Shown here one piece after another: positions 60,653 through 64,000 of a DNA stretch of 64,000 bases. The DNA comes from Hydrolagus colliei (Eukaryota): positions 6,758,001 to 6,822,000 of the forward strand of contig CM068769.1 in the NCBI GenBank assembly GCA_035084275.1, written 5' to 3'. A program made the translations under genes and the position numbers. A model generated the notes under the pieces. It ran no database searches, had not been told where the DNA came from, and was given only the letters and a program-made list of their open reading frames with translations. How positions within the stretch are numbered: position 1 is the first letter of the stretch; every line of letters starts with the position of its first letter.

Positions 60653-63289
60653 TGCACGAAAAATCAAGGTCTTCTAATTATCATTTACTTGGTTTTAACT
60701 TCCTTGGTCCCGGAGTACCCAAAACTGAACACAATTATCCAGATACGGTCAGATAAAGTCGTCGCTTAATAGAATGAATATTTGCTCTAATTTATTGGTC
60801 ACACTCCTTGCCACAAAAGTTAAAATCCCATTGGGTTTGTTGATAGCGATTTGCCACTGTGATCTGTCTTCTGCGATTAATTTACCTGAACAGCAACATC
60901 TTTTTTTGTCCTCCACCATAATTATTTTCTTTACGGTTAGAAAGTATTTTATTCTTCTATTTCTGGGACCATGGTGGATGACCTCACGAATTGTTTTCCG
61001 TCGATCACGATTTCCTTCCTTCACTTCATCTGTCTACGTACGGAACAGTCATCCGGCTCCCATCGACACAATACACAGTGCCTCTAAATTTTGTGCCATA
61101 TGACGCTTCGGATTTGAAACTCTCTGCTGCTTCATATATGTCGTTTAAATGTTGGTACATAGCTGAGGCAACAGAAGGGACCCTCTGGCCACCATTACAA
61201 GGTTACTTACGATGCAATGTAAATTAATTTTTGAAACAACCTATTTTTCTCAGAGCTTTATTTTTCATATGTAGTCACTCGTGTTAGCTACAGCAACCTA
61301 ACTGACGCAGAATTTGTTTCGTACACATGACGATATTTGATTTGTTAAAATCTGATCTGTACTGATAATTGTTCTTTGTTACTGCCAAAATAATAAATAT
61401 TATTCATGAGCAACAATTTGCTTCTATCTATCAATTGATGCATTTGCCCTTCACACGCTGTGACATCCTGAGCGCATATCATTGGTGTTGTATGATCCCA
61501 AGCCAGCAAACTGTGACTTCCAGCACGATCAAACACTCCAAACTGTTCGCTCACTAATTCACCCACCGGGCGCCTCTGCTCGACTCGCATCCACGAGTCC
61601 CTCTCAGCTATCCACCCACCATCAGAGCTCATGCTTTCAATGACGCCAAACTCTGAAACACTCTCCCCCAATTGCTCAGCCTCGCAGCTTCACTCGCATC
61701 TTTAATGTCTCAACCAAAATTTTGCCATTCGACCATTCGTACCCTCTTACCCCTGCTCGGAGTAAGACTCCGCCGGTGTTAAGTGCTCTGAGACGCTTGT
61801 CTGTGTGGGTGGCAGTGACAGCTGTTTCTGTTCCTGCTACACTTTCGTGCTCTAAACCCAGCGTGTTGTGTTAGAGAAGCTAACAACCGAACGTTAAAAC
61901 TTCAGTGTGACTGATCAAAGGCTGGTGTTGTGGTTGAGGTCATGTTCTTGAGTAATAATTACATGAAGAACTATTGAATCGACAACCACATCTGTTCATA
62001 TCAAGTTTAATCAAAGAAGAGCAACGTCACAGCACAGCTGTGTATTCTGAGTTTTAAAGCGAAATTGTTAAATTATTAAGAAATCAAGCACCTGTTCGTA
62101 TTGCTCTCTTGATATCAACTGTAAAGAGAGCTCATCTTCAATCTCCTCTCTATACCGTGGATAATCATCTCCATATTTTATTTTAAGACAATAAAGACTC
62201 CTAGTGATCACTACCAGCACACAGACTGATTAATATATTTGACTGTGGACACAGTTCATATTTTAAAGTGTGTCAGTAACTGGGACCACCCCAATGCTGT
62301 CCGCGCAGGTCACAGTGTTCCTTCATCAGCCTCTGATGGACACCACTCGCAGGCGTGATCTGACAGCTACGTTGTGATATGCTGACAGTATAATGTTCAC
62401 CAATTCCGCGCCTAATGACGGATGCTAAAATTACTCAGAAACATCCGATTCATCTTGGGTTTCTAGTGAGGGTTTCTAAAATCATCCGAAAAGCATTTCG
62501 CAGACTTCATTGTGAAGTTAACGTGATTGAACATGGACAATCAGTTGGTCAAAGCAGTGGTCACAGAAACTGTCACGAATTTAGAGACCAATCTGTTTCT
62601 GAAATGAACGCAAGAACCAACAATGGTCACCAACCCCATGATATGTTTCGAATGAGTAATCACTCTGTCCCTCTCCCTCAATCTCTCAGTCAAATGTAAT
62701 CTCTTTTTCAGCCGTCCTCAGATTCTAAGCCTGGGGCCTTAACGCCTTCAGTTCCCACTGAGAGGCCAAGTGACTGAGATGGAGAGACAGCATCGGGAAT
62801 GTGATTTATATTAGAATGGAAACAAAGTTTTTATTTAGTAACGAAGGAACACATTCAACACACAAATGACCACGGCAGGCCTCCAACCTGCATTCTTCTT
62901 GTTGTCTTCACGTAACAAGATGTCAGACGCCTTCTCCATTAGGCCATGTCATCCGCGTTGGACTCTGAAATATCAAACTGAAGTTTGATTTCGAGGAATT
63001 GTTTAAAATATTGTATTGTCATCACGTTTTAACGGACACTCAGCTAACAAGCTACTCAAGTAGTATCCATAAATTTCCTGAATACCATTTTGTGTTTAAC
63101 ACAAAATTATTTCCAATTAAATCGTGCCAATCTGTAAACCGCTGACTGTATTTACAGATAAATTATAATTCAATAATTGCTGTACCCATGGTATTTGCAC
63201 AATTTGGCTGCCGCGTATTTGGCTGCCTAATATACAGTGAATTGTCCTACTCTCCTTCCACCTATCCCGATCCTTCTCCACCTGATCTG

Positions 63290-63700
63290 ACGCCCACCTG
63301 ACTATTCGATGCCTTAGGATGTCGTCCCGACGTCAAAGGCTCTCTATAAATATAATTATTGATTGATATTTCATGTAATATCATATTGCATCTTTGGAGC
63401 TCCTTAAGACGTTTCTTAGAATATTAAATGAAATAAGTTACGGATGTATTGGACGAGGGAAACGCGACAGACAATTGTTTACAGCGGATTTCCACGCTAA
63501 TTATTGAGAACAGTAATTATTATCGTTTGTAATGGTATGAGGGACGTTCAAGAATTGTTTGCCTCCAGTATTATGAAATCACCAAATCAGTTTGTTGGAC
63601 AAATGTGTTCTCAACTCATTGCGAAAGGGCTGACCCCTCATGTTCAGACTGTGACTCCCTGGTTAAAGTTTCTCCAATCAGCGGTAACAGTCTCCCACTT
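63290..63700 (+). mobile_element. L2 tail and decayed CR1 RT fragment
   Basis: GTCCCGACGTCAAAGGCTCTCTATAAAT tail and a LDEGN..D-like degenerate RT motif. Confidence 0.45.
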
Positions 63701-64000
63701 TCCACACTTTCTTGCCCCCTTCACAACCTTATAGTTGTCTATAAGATCACCTCTAATTATATTATATTCTAGAAAACATAGTCCTTAATTATGTTAGAAA
63801 ATCTTCAAGTATACAACAAGCCGCAAACGGCTGGTGATTTCCATGTCTTCGATTCAAACTACATTTGCAGCGCCCACAACGTAGAACACTAACCATTACG
63901 GCTGACCATTTGCCCCAAATATAGTCCAGTTACTCACAAGTACAAGAAACAATAAGTGTTTGTGTTTTGATAATTATCATATTATTCGCTTTATATTAGA

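Larger units (their letters stand above)
29900..62630. repeat. Three tandem ~12-kb segmental duplication units (deaminase plus GPCR)
   Basis: ORF offsets of +12035 (37360/49395, 40236/52271, 42759/54794) and about +12060 (32028/44087). Confidence 0.95.

Overview
Eukaryotic (vertebrate) DNA, most likely a cartilaginous fish; this is inferred from the TCR V style, the expanded GPR139/142-like GPCRs and the CR1/L2/Penelope repeat tails. (1) 1-10.5 kb: distal end of a T-cell receptor alpha/delta-type V array. Six V segments lie on the minus strand, each with a 23-bp-spacer RSS; two look intact and four are pseudogenes. (2) 11-14 kb: an L2 fragment and a GPCR pseudogene. (3) 14.4-27.4 kb: a simple-repeat-rich island with a CpG promoter-like module, an inverted copy of that module, and a ~3.6-kb internal triplication. 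(4) 29.9-62.6 kb: three tandem ~12-kb units, each pairing a minus-strand AID/APOBEC-like (SNAD-type) deaminase exon with a plus-strand two-exon GPR139/142-like GPCR. The strongest novel signal is this deaminase family next to the TCR V cluster: its first zinc ligand is Cys (C-x-E) rather than the usual His (H-x-E), followed by PCxxxC. The co-duplicated GPCRs vary mainly in extracellular regions. Several rearrangement junctions carry fold-back or templated-insertion scars. Family assignments come from motif recognition, not database searches.
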